DNA of 32,000 nt from Ignicoccus hospitalis KIN4/I (GTDB lineage: Archaea > Thermoproteota > Thermoprotei_A > Sulfolobales > Ignicoccaceae), in assembly GCF_000017945.1 (NCBI RefSeq), contig NC_009776.1:60001-92000 (forward strand). The letters run 5' to 3'. The notes under the pieces were generated by a model. It saw nothing but the letters and a program-made list of their open reading frames with translations, was not told the origin of the DNA and made no database searches. Shown piece after piece: positions 16,716 through 25,840 of this stretch. The position numbers were made by a program, and so were the translations under genes. Position 1 is the first letter of the stretch. Each line of letters begins with the position of its first letter.

Positions 16716-19700
16716 GTGATGGATTGCGGGCCCCTGCCCAAGAGGGCGCCGAGCATAACGGGTAAGGACGTATCCAACTTACTTAAGGAGCTGTGGGAGG
16801 CCGGGGTCAAGATTAGAGAAGAGGTAGAGAACGTCGTAAGGTCGTTCTTGAACATGGTCGCTAACGCCGAAGAGACGGTTTCTATGTTTGTAATTGGAGA
16901 ATGGGGAGAGGGAAAGACGAGCGTATTCGATGGTTATATGAAGGCCCTAAAGCCACCGAACGTCGTATTAATGGAGACCAGCGTAAAGCGGGTAGTATCT
17001 AGCATTAGAAACATGAAGCACCAACCGGGCCAGTCCTCGGCCGCCACCTTCTTGGCTGCTCTGTTACACTCCTTAGCGATGGAGTACATGGAGAAGGGGG
17101 AGAAGCTGATAGAACCCTACGAGGGAGGCCCGGTTCACGAGTACGCGAAGAAGGCTTTGGACGAGCTGGCGAGCAAGTTCCCCGGGAAGAAGTTCGTCGT
17201 GTTCATAGACGAGTTCGAAGAAATAGTGTCGCCGTCAAACAAGGACGTCGTGAAAGAGATAATAAACGGGTTGATAGAACTAATCAACGGCCAGTTCGGA
17301 TACATGCAAGAGAAGTACCCCGGAATACTCCACCTAGTAATTGCTATGACTCCTTACGCCTATCACAAGGCATTGAGTTTAGCGGACATAGACGAGAGCT
17401 TGAAAGGGAGGGCCGAGAGGAGGCTCCACTTTAAGCTGGAGCTTAGGTCCCTCACGAGGAGCGAGGCCTACAAGCTGGTGGGCTCTCTGTTCAAGTATTC
17501 CTACGGGGAGGAGTTCTCGCCGGTCCCCCCTCAGTTCGTCAACACGATATATACGGCCTCTCAAGGGAACCCGGGCGCCCTAACGAGCTTGACGAACTTC
17601 GTCATGAGCTCGTTAGTTAAGGACGGTTGTACGGTCCCTTCTAAGAACCCTGAGGAGCTCGTCTCGATACTGTCCGGCGCCACCGTCTTCACCTACGTGG
17701 GCTCGAGCAAAGCCTTGGACAAGTTGTACTACGAGAAGGCGCTCTTACCCCTAACTTACGGTGAGGAGGACAAGAGGAAGGTCTTGGCCGCTCTAGCGGC
17801 CTACTACTACCCGCTCTCCGAACGGGAGTTAGACGAGCTCAGCGGCGTCAAGGGCGCCAAGGAAGCTCTGGAAGTGCTGGACCAGAGGGCGTCCTTGAGC
17901 TCAGAGCCCTTGGTTTCGACCGTCTGGAGGACTTCCGACTACCAGAAGGCCTTTAACGTGTTCCGCACTACCTTGAAGAGTTTGATCCCGGACATAGACG
18001 ACGACACTTTGAAGATGTTGGTAGAAGAGCTCACTTACCCCAAGGGCCTCTGGAGCGAGGAGTACTACTTAGTCCTCCCCGGCGAGGGTGAGGAGTCGGT
18101 CTTAGAGGACGTCTTATCCAAGGAAAAGGCTGTAGTCGACGCGAGGAAGTTGGTTAACTTCCTCAAGCGGAAGATGGAAGAAGAGGGGGTAACTTTCGAG
18201 AAGGCGTATATGTTGTCTCGAAAGCACGCCTTGAACCTCTACCCGCCCCCCGCCGTGGCCGCGGCCTCTTTCATAAAGGACCCCCAGCTCAGGGCGAAGG
18301 CTTGGAAGGAGGCGTTAAATGCTCTAATTAAAGGAGATATAAACTTAGATAAGGTTTTCGCCGAGGTGATAATAAATTCGTTCAAGGGTACGATAGTTGG
18401 TAGGCTGGTGAACGTCGCCCTAGGCGACGTGCAGCTCAGGATATACCCCAAGGTTATCCTTTCCTTGGATAGTAAGGCTTTGGAGGAAGTGGCGAAAGAG
18501 GCCAAGAGGGACGGCGCACACCTGATGATAATACTCACTAAGCCGGAGTTGTACGAGACGATAAAGGACAAGGCCTCTCTGCTCCCAGTGGACGCCGTAG
18601 TTTTGGAAGCCAGGGAGGCCAAGCTAGTGCAAATGGCTGTCTACGAGCTCTACGCGAGGAAGCCGGAGAGGAGGGCCTTCGTGGACGCGGAGAAGGCGGC
18701 GCTGACGCTGAAGCAGATAGGTGACGAGATAGGCGTCCCGAAGGCTATAGAGAAGTGGATAGATAAGGCCCGCCAAGAGGGCGTAATAGTGGAGGACTTC
18801 AAGAGGCCCTCCGGGGCCAGCGAGGAGGCCATCTCGGACGCTTATGCTTTCTACTTGGCCTATCCGAAGGACGTGCTCACCACCGAGGACGTGTTTGAAC
18901 ACGTAATCAAAACTGTCAGAAGGTTCATAATTTACGGAAGGGGCTCCAGGAGGAAGGCTCCGTTCTCTTCTGGCTTAGACATTGAGAACGTGAGGGGATT
19001 GAAGAGGTTCGAGGAGGACTTGGTAAGTGCGGGGCTGTTGGAAAGGTTAGAGGACAACAAGCTGAGGATCACAATAAGCAAGGTGGAAGAGAGGCTCTTA
19101 AAGCTGTTGAAGGAGAAGGGAGGCAAGGCGGCTTGGAGGGAGCTCGAAAAAGAATTCATAGTGGTTTCGCATAACAAGAGAATACTCTCGGATTTCTACT
19201 TGAAGATATTAGAGAGGAGGGGGTTAGTGAGGGTAGATAGGAGGGGGAACGACCCCTACTTCGTCAGCTTAGTAAACACCAAATCCTTAGTGGAGGAGTT
19301 GGAGAACTGGTTGGAAAAGATAAACGAAATATGGAGCTCTAACGGCGAGGCGTGGAAGAGCTACGCCCACATAGTCGTCTCGAAGAAAAAGGAAGACAAT
19401 GTCATAGTGTTGGACGAAATCAAAGATTACGTGACTAAGGGAGTGGTCTCATTGAGGTCTGAGGCCTCCAAAGCGACCGTCGCCAGGAGGGCGGCCTTCC
19501 TCATATCCCTCTCCCGCTACCTCGTGGAGACGTTATACCCCGTCACCCACAAGGCGTGGACCGAGGCCAACGACCTAATGGACTCGACTAGCAGCTCGGT
19601 GACGTCGACGATATCCAAGATAAGGAGCGTCTTGAGCAAGGCGTCCGGGGAGGTGGGCGTTCCGGTATTGGACGCAGAAGAAATGAAAGAAAGTGTAATG

Positions 19701-20897
19701 ATAAAGAAAATGTTACGCAAGATGGACGAGTTAGCGGACAAGTACTTCACGCGAGAGGAGTTGGAGAAGCTCGTGGCCGAGATGAGGAAAGAAGGCGTCT
19801 TGCCGGACAAGTTCTATTTCGAGCGCTTCTACGACCCGCGCGAGTGGAAGAAGGCCTCGTACTTCAACGTTAAGTACTACATACTCGAAAGACACGCCGA
19901 AGAGATAAAGAACGAGCTCGAAAAGATAAACATATTGATCAAGGAGATAGACAACATGATATCGCGGATGGTAGAGGGGAGGAGGAGAGTTGAGGAGAAG
20001 TTGAAGGAGCTCTCTTTGAAGAGCTATAACAGCGAGCTGGCTTCTAAGGCATACGAAGTGCTGTTGAGACAAGTTATGATGCCTAAGGAAGTCTTACCCG
20101 ACGACTTGACCGTGGACTCGCTGGAGGAGCTCCGCTCGACGCTGGACAGAGCTCTCTCCAGCGTTAGCATGACGGATCAGAAGATCCTGAGCGTAATTGT
20201 GAAGCTGGGCGAGGTGGCGAGGGAGGAGGAAGAGCTGGAAAAGGAGTTGAGGAGGCTTAAGAGTTGGTGCTCCTTCGCGTCGAAGTTCTATTCCGGCACG
20301 CCGTACTGGGACGACTTCGAGGGCCTCTGTGAGAGGTTGAACTCCTTAAGGTTGGCCTACGAGAGCGCGAGCAAGGAGGTAAGGGAGCCCGCCTCGGTAA
20401 GCGAATTGAGCGCGGTTCTGGAGGGCATCAAGGAGGAGTTGAGGAAGCTCAAGCGCGAGGCCGAGGGTTTATTGAGGGAAATGAAAGAGGTACACGAAAG
20501 GGCGATGAAGGAGCTCGAGAGGAACTTGAGCGAGCTGAAGAGGATAAGTAGGGTAGCGATCAAGCTGGGCTTGAATATAGAAGACATTAACAAAGCGCTA
20601 TCGTCTGTGGAGTTAAAGATGAAGTCCGTAAAGCCCCCCGGGGTGGTGGAGAACGTCACCTACCAAACTTTGTACGACGCGCTCGAGAAGACTAGGACGT
20701 TGTTGACGATAAAGCTGAGGACGAAGATAAGCCAGAACGAGGAGAAAGTGCTAAGCGTCTTAGAGAAGGGTAAGCTGGACTTGGTAAAGTTAATAGAGGA
20801 GTGTAAGAAATTAAAGCTCGGGGAAGAGGAGGTCGTAAAGGCGCTCGTCCAGCTCGCCGAGAAGGGGTTGGTTAGGGTCGTAGTCGAACTCTCTTAG
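16716..20897 (+). CDS. Giant P-loop NTPase with winged-helix-like and coiled-coil regions, function unknown
   Basis: 1393 aa; Walker A-like IGEWGEGKTSVF, Walker B-like KKFVVFIDEFEEI, wHTH-like segments, and long Lys/Glu/Leu-rich coiled-coil stretches in the C-terminal half. Confidence 0.93.
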   Translation: MMDCGPLPKRAPSITGKDVSNLLKELWEAGVKIREEVENVVRSFLNMVANAEETVSMFVIGEWGEGKTSVFDGYMKALKPPNVVLMETSVKRVVSSIRNMKHQPGQSSAATFLAALLHSLAMEYMEKGEKLIEPYEGGPVHEYAKKALDELASKFPGKKFVVFIDEFEEIVSPSNKDVVKEIINGLIELINGQFGYMQEKYPGILHLVIAMTPYAYHKALSLADIDESLKGRAERRLHFKLELRSLTRSEAYKLVGSLFKYSYGEEFSPVPPQFVNTIYTASQGNPGALTSLTNFVMSSLVKDGCTVPSKNPEELVSILSGATVFTYVGSSKALDKLYYEKALLPLTYGEEDKRKVLAALAAYYYPLSERELDELSGVKGAKEALEVLDQRASLSSEPLVSTVWRTSDYQKAFNVFRTTLKSLIPDIDDDTLKMLVEELTYPKGLWSEEYYLVLPGEGEESVLEDVLSKEKAVVDARKLVNFLKRKMEEEGVTFEKAYMLSRKHALNLYPPPAVAAASFIKDPQLRAKAWKEALNALIKGDINLDKVFAEVIINSFKGTIVGRLVNVALGDVQLRIYPKVILSLDSKALEEVAKEAKRDGAHLMIILTKPELYETIKDKASLLPVDAVVLEAREAKLVQMAVYELYARKPERRAFVDAEKAALTLKQIGDEIGVPKAIEKWIDKARQEGVIVEDFKRPSGASEEAISDAYAFYLAYPKDVLTTEDVFEHVIKTVRRFIIYGRGSRRKAPFSSGLDIENVRGLKRFEEDLVSAGLLERLEDNKLRITISKVEERLLKLLKEKGGKAAWRELEKEFIVVSHNKRILSDFYLKILERRGLVRVDRRGNDPYFVSLVNTKSLVEELENWLEKINEIWSSNGEAWKSYAHIVVSKKKEDNVIVLDEIKDYVTKGVVSLRSEASKATVARRAAFLISLSRYLVETLYPVTHKAWTEANDLMDSTSSSVTSTISKIRSVLSKASGEVGVPVLDAEEMKESVMIKKMLRKMDELADKYFTREELEKLVAEMRKEGVLPDKFYFERFYDPREWKKASYFNVKYYILERHAEEIKNELEKINILIKEIDNMISRMVEGRRRVEEKLKELSLKSYNSELASKAYEVLLRQVMMPKEVLPDDLTVDSLEELRSTLDRALSSVSMTDQKILSVIVKLGEVAREEEELEKELRRLKSWCSFASKFYSGTPYWDDFEGLCERLNSLRLAYESASKEVREPASVSELSAVLEGIKEELRKLKREAEGLLREMKEVHERAMKELERNLSELKRISRVAIKLGLNIEDINKALSSVELKMKSVKPPGVVENVTYQTLYDALEKTRTLLTIKLRTKISQNEEKVLSVLEKGKLDLVKLIEECKKLKLGEEEVVKALVQLAEKGLVRVVVELS

Positions 20898-21365
20898 GAA
20901 CTCCTCCACGTCGCCGTCGAACATCTTAATTATTTCGAGAAAATGGAGCTTGGTGTATTTGTTGATTTCAACCAATACGACCCCCGCTTTGGGTTGGCCG
21001 TACAGCAGCGCCCACCCGTTCTCCGAGCTCAAGAGGGCCGGGATGGCGAGGAGGTCTTCCTCCCCCTCTACCTTTACCCAAGTTGAGGTTAGGATGGCCT
21101 TCTTCACTACCTTGGCCGCGTCCAAGCAGATCTGCCCGGGAGGGTTGAAGGCCTTCAGCACCCCGTTGGGGGCCCTCAGCTCCACCCACTGCGACCTCCT
21201 CGTCTTGCCGTCGAAGATCGCCGTTCTAGGCACTAAGCCTAGTTCTAAGCACCTTTTGGTAGTCACGTCTCCTACAGTTACCAACGTCTTTCCTCTTAAG
21301 AGAAACGGTAGGAGGCGGTCGTCCTTCACTAACGCCCCTCTGGGGGACGCCAAGAGCGTTCGCAA
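20811..21365 (-). CDS. GTP-dependent dephospho-CoA kinase (DUF359); start uncertain
   Basis: KTLVTVGDVTTKRCLELGLVPRTAIFDGKTRR, NPPGQICLDAA, VEGEEDLLAIPALL. The track ORF extends to 21521 but overlaps spt4; TTG at 21365 is a more plausible start region. Confidence 0.85.
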   Translation of the reverse strand: MRTLLASPRGALVKDDRLLPFLLRGKTLVTVGDVTTKRCLELGLVPRTAIFDGKTRRSQWVELRAPNGVLKAFNPPGQICLDAAKVVKKAILTSTWVKVEGEEDLLAIPALLSSENGWALLYGQPKAGVVLVEINKYTKLHFLEIIKMFDGDVEEFLREFDYDPNQPLLGELDERLYDLLFPEL

Positions 21366-21379
21366 GCTCTGGGGCAGCC

Positions 21380-21592
21380 TTACTCCCTTCCCACTTCTAC
21401 AGCGTAGCGCCCCGGCTCCTTGAGGTACTCTACCTTGCCCACGAGTTCCGAGTCCGTCTTGATCAATATTATCATTCCTTCCCAGTTCTCCGTCAAGTCC
21501 GTGGAACCGCACCTCGGACACCTCGTGACCTCAGGCCTTCGGGGTACGAGGAACCTACAGTTCATACACGCCAAGAAGGGCTTCCTCTTCAT
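21380..21592 (-). CDS. spt4: Transcription elongation factor Spt4
   Basis: 70 aa; ACMNCRFLVPRRPEVTRCPRCGSTDLTENWEGMIILI zinc ribbon protein next to Rpo7. Confidence 0.92.
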   Translation of the reverse strand: MKRKPFLACMNCRFLVPRRPEVTRCPRCGSTDLTENWEGMIILIKTDSELVGKVEYLKEPGRYAVEVGRE

Positions 21593-22128
21593 TGCTTGAC
21601 CTCCTCCGCGTCCTTAATTTTACCCAAGTACGGGCCTTTCATACTCATACCCACCTTGAGGCCCCTCCTGGTCGAAATCTGTACTATCCTAGCCCTAACG
21701 AGGTCTCCCCTCTTTATGACCGTTTTCGTGCTGGTGCCTACCATGCTCCCGGTCGCGGCGTCGTACTCGAAACGCTCGTCGCCGAGCTGGGCCTTGTGCA
21801 CCATACCGTCTATGGGGCCTATGTTAACGTATATCCCGTTCTTGGTAACGTTAACTACTATGCCCTCAACTACCTCGTTCCTCAAGGGCTTGAAGGCGAG
21901 CAAAGTGAAGGTGGCCTCGTGGTAAGTGCCTCCGTCGCCCGGCACTATGTAGCCCTCGGGGGAGATGTCCACGTCAGTTACTGTCAGAATTATGCCGAGC
22001 TCCTCGTCTATCACGCCCTCGTACTCCTCCCTGAGGAGTTCGAGAGCGACCTTCTTCAAGTCCTCGCCGAACCTCTCGGGCGGTATTCTAACCATGTCTT
22101 TGAAGCGGTAGATCCTGTACAACTCCAC
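21589..22128 (-). CDS. rpo7: DNA-directed RNA polymerase subunit Rpo7 (RpoE')
   Basis: 179 aa; YRFKDMVRIPPERFGEDL..., S1 domain VVEGIVVNVTKNGIYVNIGPIDGMVHKAQL. Confidence 0.95.
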   Translation of the reverse strand: MELYRIYRFKDMVRIPPERFGEDLKKVALELLREEYEGVIDEELGIILTVTDVDISPEGYIVPGDGGTYHEATFTLLAFKPLRNEVVEGIVVNVTKNGIYVNIGPIDGMVHKAQLGDERFEYDAATGSMVGTSTKTVIKRGDLVRARIVQISTRRGLKVGMSMKGPYLGKIKDAEEVKQ

Positions 22129-22185
22129 GCCCCGGCGGGCGTAGAAGAAAGAGCTTTTGATAGATTCGTCTCCTCAGAAGGGGCT

Positions 22186-23076
22186 TTAGAGCTTGCCCAA
22201 CTCTTTGAGCTTCTCGACCACCAAGTCCGGCACTTGGCTGGGTATATCCGCGACGGGCACGCCGGCCTCCCGGAAGGCCCTCACCTTGCTCTCCGCGGTC
22301 CCCGCCCCCATGCTTATTATCGCGCCGGCGTGACCCATCCTCTTGCCCGGCGGGGCGGTCCTCCCGGCCACGTAGGCCACTACGGGCTTCTCGATCTCTC
22401 CCCTCTTTATGGCGGCTGCGAGCCTCTCCTCCGCGTCTCCCCCTATTTCCCCTATGACTACAATTAAGTCCGTCTCGGGGTCCTTATCCATAAGCTTGAC
22501 GGCCTCTACCGTATCGAGGCCTATGATGGGGTCCCCGCCGATCCCTATAGCGGTGCTCTGGCCTATGCCCCTCTTGCTCAGCTGGTAAGCTATCTCGTAC
22601 GTCAGCGTGCCGGACCTAGATACTATTCCTACCCGTCCGGGAACGAAGTACTTCTCCGGCATTATACCTACCTTCGCCTTGCCCGGGCTTATCACTCCGG
22701 GGCAGTTGGGGCCTACCACGGTGGAGCCTTTGCTCCTCGCGTACCTTATGGCCCTCATCGAGTCGTGAACCGGTATCCCTTCGGTTATGACCACTATTAG
22801 GTCCAGCCCCGCGTCCGCGGCCTCTATTATGGCGTCGGCCGCCCCTCCGGCCGGAACGAAGATTATGGAGGTGTTTATCTCCGGGTGGTTCTCCTTAGCT
22901 TCCTTGACGGTATCGTACACCGGCACCCCCAAGACCTCTTGTCCTCCCTTCCCCGGCGTCACGCCGGCTACCACTTTGGTTCCGTACTTCATCATCTGCT
23001 CGGCGTGGAACTTGCCGTACCTCCCGGTTATACCTTGAACTACCACCCGGGTGTTCTCGTCTACCAACACGACCAC
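22186..23076 (-). CDS. sucD: Succinate-CoA ligase (ADP-forming) alpha subunit
   Basis: 296 aa; VVQGITGRYGKFHAEQMMKYGTKVVAGVTPGKGG, GPNCPGVISPGKAKVGIMP, MGHAGAIIS phosphohistidine motif. Confidence 0.97.
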   Translation of the reverse strand: MVVLVDENTRVVVQGITGRYGKFHAEQMMKYGTKVVAGVTPGKGGQEVLGVPVYDTVKEAKENHPEINTSIIFVPAGGAADAIIEAADAGLDLIVVITEGIPVHDSMRAIRYARSKGSTVVGPNCPGVISPGKAKVGIMPEKYFVPGRVGIVSRSGTLTYEIAYQLSKRGIGQSTAIGIGGDPIIGLDTVEAVKLMDKDPETDLIVVIGEIGGDAEERLAAAIKRGEIEKPVVAYVAGRTAPPGKRMGHAGAIISMGAGTAESKVRAFREAGVPVADIPSQVPDLVVEKLKELGKL

Positions 23077-23093
23077 GTCCCATCACCTCCCCC

Positions 23094-24224
23094 TTAAGCG
23101 GCCTTGGCCAGCTTGACCGCTTCTTGGGCGGCCTCGTCCATGCTCTCAAAAAGCGGTATGCCGGCCTCCTTCAATATTTTCTTGCCCTCCTCCTCCGCGG
23201 TCCCTACGATCCTCGCCACTATGGGCTTCTTGACGTTGGACTCGGAGAGGGCGTCCACTATTCCTTGGGCCACCTCGCTGGCCAAGGTTATCCCTCCGAA
23301 TATGTTAACGAATATTACCTTTACCTTTGGATTCTTCAGGAGGACGTTCACAGCTGCTTTAACTCTGTCCCTCCTGGCGCCGCCCCCTATGTCGAGGAAG
23401 TTCGCGGGCCTGCCGCCGTAATAGTTGACGACGTCCATAGTGGCCATCGTGAGTCCGGCCCCGTTGCCTATGATCCCTATGTCGCCGTCCAGCTCGACGT
23501 AGAAGAAGCCCCAGCGGGCGGCCTCCTTCTCCAGCTCGCTCAGCTCCCTCTCCCTAGAGGCCTCGAGCTCCGGGTGTCTGAAGATCGCGTTGTCGTCAAC
23601 TATCATCCTGAAGTCTAGCGCCACCAAGCCCCTGTCGGTTATAGCTAACGGGTTGCTCTCTACAAGCTCTGCGTCGTAATCTTCGAAGATCTTGTACATA
23701 GTCTTAGCTATCCCCTCGAACTGCCTTAACAGTTGCCCGCTCAAGCCTATCCTCTTCCCGACCTCCCTCGCCTCGTGGGCCTTGAGGCCTACCTCGGGCT
23801 CTATGGGGAGTTTCACTATGGCATCGGGCTTCTCTTTAGCGAGCTCCTCTATCTCCATCCCGCCCTCGGCGGAGGCCAGCATTACTACCTTGCGGTTTGT
23901 TCTGTCTATTGTGAAAGAGAGGTACAACTCTTTTTGGATGTTCTCCGCCTTTTCTACTAGCAACGAGAGCACGGGGAACCCCTTTATTTCCTTTGAGAAG
24001 AGCTCCTCCGCCAGCTCTAACGCCTCGTCGGGGTCGCGGGCAAGCTTAACCCCTCCGGCCTTCCCCCTGCCCGCCACCGGGACTTGGGCCTTCAAGACCA
24101 CCGGCAGTCCGAGCTTCTCCACTGCTTCGTTCACTTGTTCCGGCCTCTCGATTAGCACCCCTTCGGGCGTCGGTATGCCATATTTCTTCGCGATGGCCTT
24201 TGCCTCGTACTCGAGGAGGTTCAA
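23094..24224 (-). CDS. sucC: Succinate-CoA ligase (ADP-forming) beta subunit
   Basis: 376 aa; MNLLEYEAKAIAKKYGIPTPEG, ATP-grasp, GNGAGLTMATMDVVNYYGGRPANFLDIGGGA, VNIFGGITLASEVAQGI. Confidence 0.97.
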   Translation of the reverse strand: MNLLEYEAKAIAKKYGIPTPEGVLIERPEQVNEAVEKLGLPVVLKAQVPVAGRGKAGGVKLARDPDEALELAEELFSKEIKGFPVLSLLVEKAENIQKELYLSFTIDRTNRKVVMLASAEGGMEIEELAKEKPDAIVKLPIEPEVGLKAHEAREVGKRIGLSGQLLRQFEGIAKTMYKIFEDYDAELVESNPLAITDRGLVALDFRMIVDDNAIFRHPELEASRERELSELEKEAARWGFFYVELDGDIGIIGNGAGLTMATMDVVNYYGGRPANFLDIGGGARRDRVKAAVNVLLKNPKVKVIFVNIFGGITLASEVAQGIVDALSESNVKKPIVARIVGTAEEEGKKILKEAGIPLFESMDEAAQEAVKLAKAA

Positions 24225-24339
24225 GGCTCGCCCCTCCTACGGCTCACCGCGCGGATTAAACTGATTTATGCAATATATATTTCTCAAGTAATAGAAAATA
24301 GAACAGATTGAACCGTTCGACTATATCGCTCTAACTTAT

Positions 24340-24822
24340 ATGTCTTCTGCAAACCCTTCTCGCCCGGTGGAAGGGGTGGCCGAGGAGAAGGCCCAAGTCG
24401 GCGTCGAGGCTAAGGGCGGAGAAGAGAAGGTAAAGCTCCTACAAGACGAGCTGAGGAGCTTGCTGGCGCAGATAGAGTACTTGAGAGACCAAATAGAGGC
24501 GGTCAACACCGTGATAGACGACCTCTACGCCAGCTTGGAGGTGTTGGACTACTTGACCAAGGAGGGCAAGGGCAAGGTGGTGTTGGTGCCTATAGGCGCG
24601 GGCAACTTCATCAAGGCTAAGATTGAGGACACGAACACTGTAATAACGTCCGTCGGGGGAAGGCTGAGCTTAGAGGTGCCCAGCGATGAGGCCAAGAAGG
24701 CTATAGAGAGCAGAATAGCCGCCTTGGAGCAAGTCAGACTGACGCTGCTGAGGAAGTTGGAGGAGCTAAACAGGAAGGTGAACGAGCTCCTCCCCCGCGT
24801 AAGGGAAGAGGGCGGGCAGTGA
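24340..24822 (+). CDS. pfdA: Prefoldin alpha subunit (start probably GTG at 24367)
   Basis: [39 protein letters not shown]...[27 protein letters not shown] is diagnostic. Confidence 0.92.
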
Positions 24823-24832
24823 AGGTGGTCCC

Positions 24833-25045
24833 TTGAAGGTTTTTGGCCCTAAGGGCCGCGGCGCCGAGCCCCCCGAAGTTAAGGCGGCGGAGCTGGAGGA
24901 GGCACTAAAACTAATCAAAGAAGGCAAGGCCAAGACAGCCTACAAGGTCTTCGGCAGGGTGATACTCGAGGTACCCTTAGAAGAGGCGGAGAGGACCATC
25001 AGGGCGGAGCTGGAGGAGCTCAAGAAGCGCCTCGAGGGGGGCTGA
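24833..25045 (+). CDS. Small protein resembling the central part of prefoldin beta
   Basis: 70 aa; KTAYKVFGRVILEVPLEEAERTIRAELEELKKRLEGG resembles the prefoldin-beta segment (V)YKxVGxVLVxxxxEEAxxxLxxxxExLxxRL. Confidence 0.6.
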   Translation: MKVFGPKGRGAEPPEVKAAELEEALKLIKEGKAKTAYKVFGRVILEVPLEEAERTIRAELEELKKRLEGG

Positions 25046-25093
25046 GCGCGCCGCGGTCAATACCCCCTACTCGTCAGTCCAAAGGGGAACTCC

Positions 25094-25840
25094 TTGAAGG
25101 GTAAGGTTTATCTCGTGGGGGCCGGGCCGGGGGGCGCTTGGCTGGCCCCAGCCGCGGCCTTCGGCTTGCTCCGGTCAGCCGACGTAGTCTTGTACGATAA
25201 GCTCGTGGACAAGTCTCTCTTGTCTTCAGCTTTTAAGGCGGAGAAGGTTTACGTAGGTAAGGCCCCCGGGGCCCACGCCCTGAGCCAAGAAGAGATCAAC
25301 GAGCTTTTGATAAAGTATGCCAAAGAAGGGAAGGTAGTTGTGAGGCTGAAGGGCGGCGACCCCTTCGTGCTCGGAAGGGGGGACGAGGAGTGCGAGGCCC
25401 TCCGGGCGGCCGGGGTGGAGTGCGAGGTGGTCCCCGCCCCCACGTCGGCCACCGCGGTGCCCGCGTGCGCCGGCATCCCGGTAACTAGGAGGAACTTAGC
25501 CAACACCTTTGCGGTCGCCACGGGGTGGGCGGCGGAGGGGAGCGAGAGGCCGAGGTACGGCGAGATACTAAAGGTCGTGGACACTCTGGTGGTTCTGATG
25601 GGGGTTACGAAGGTTAACGAGATAGTTTCAGACATCCTAAAGGTCAGGGACGTTCCCGCAGCAGCCGTGACCAACGGGTGTACGGAAGAACAGAAGGTGG
25701 TGGTCGCGAGGGCGTCGAAGCTGCCCGAGGTAATGGTCCGTAACGGGGTAAAGCCGCCGGCGGTTTTGGTGTTCGGAGAGGTGGTCGAGTGGGCTTGCAA
25801 GGCGGGCACGGTAAGGGACGTGGTAGAGTGCTCACTCTGA
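25094..25840 (+). CDS. cobA: Uroporphyrinogen-III C-methyltransferase (SUMT)
   Basis: 248 aa; GKVYLVGAGPGGAWLAPAAAFGLLRSADVVLYDKLV, VVRLKGGDPFVLGRG, VVPAPTSATAVPACAGIPVTRR, TLVVLMGV. Confidence 0.95.
   Translation: MKGKVYLVGAGPGGAWLAPAAAFGLLRSADVVLYDKLVDKSLLSSAFKAEKVYVGKAPGAHALSQEEINELLIKYAKEGKVVVRLKGGDPFVLGRGDEECEALRAAGVECEVVPAPTSATAVPACAGIPVTRRNLANTFAVATGWAAEGSERPRYGEILKVVDTLVVLMGVTKVNEIVSDILKVRDVPAAAVTNGCTEEQKVVVARASKLPEVMVRNGVKPPAVLVFGEVVEWACKAGTVRDVVECSL

Noticed and set aside
20811-21521. Full-length 236-aa version of the dephospho-CoA kinase ORF from the track
   Set aside because: First ~50 residues overlap spt4 out of frame and have no DUF359 character; start placed near 21365 with uncertainty.
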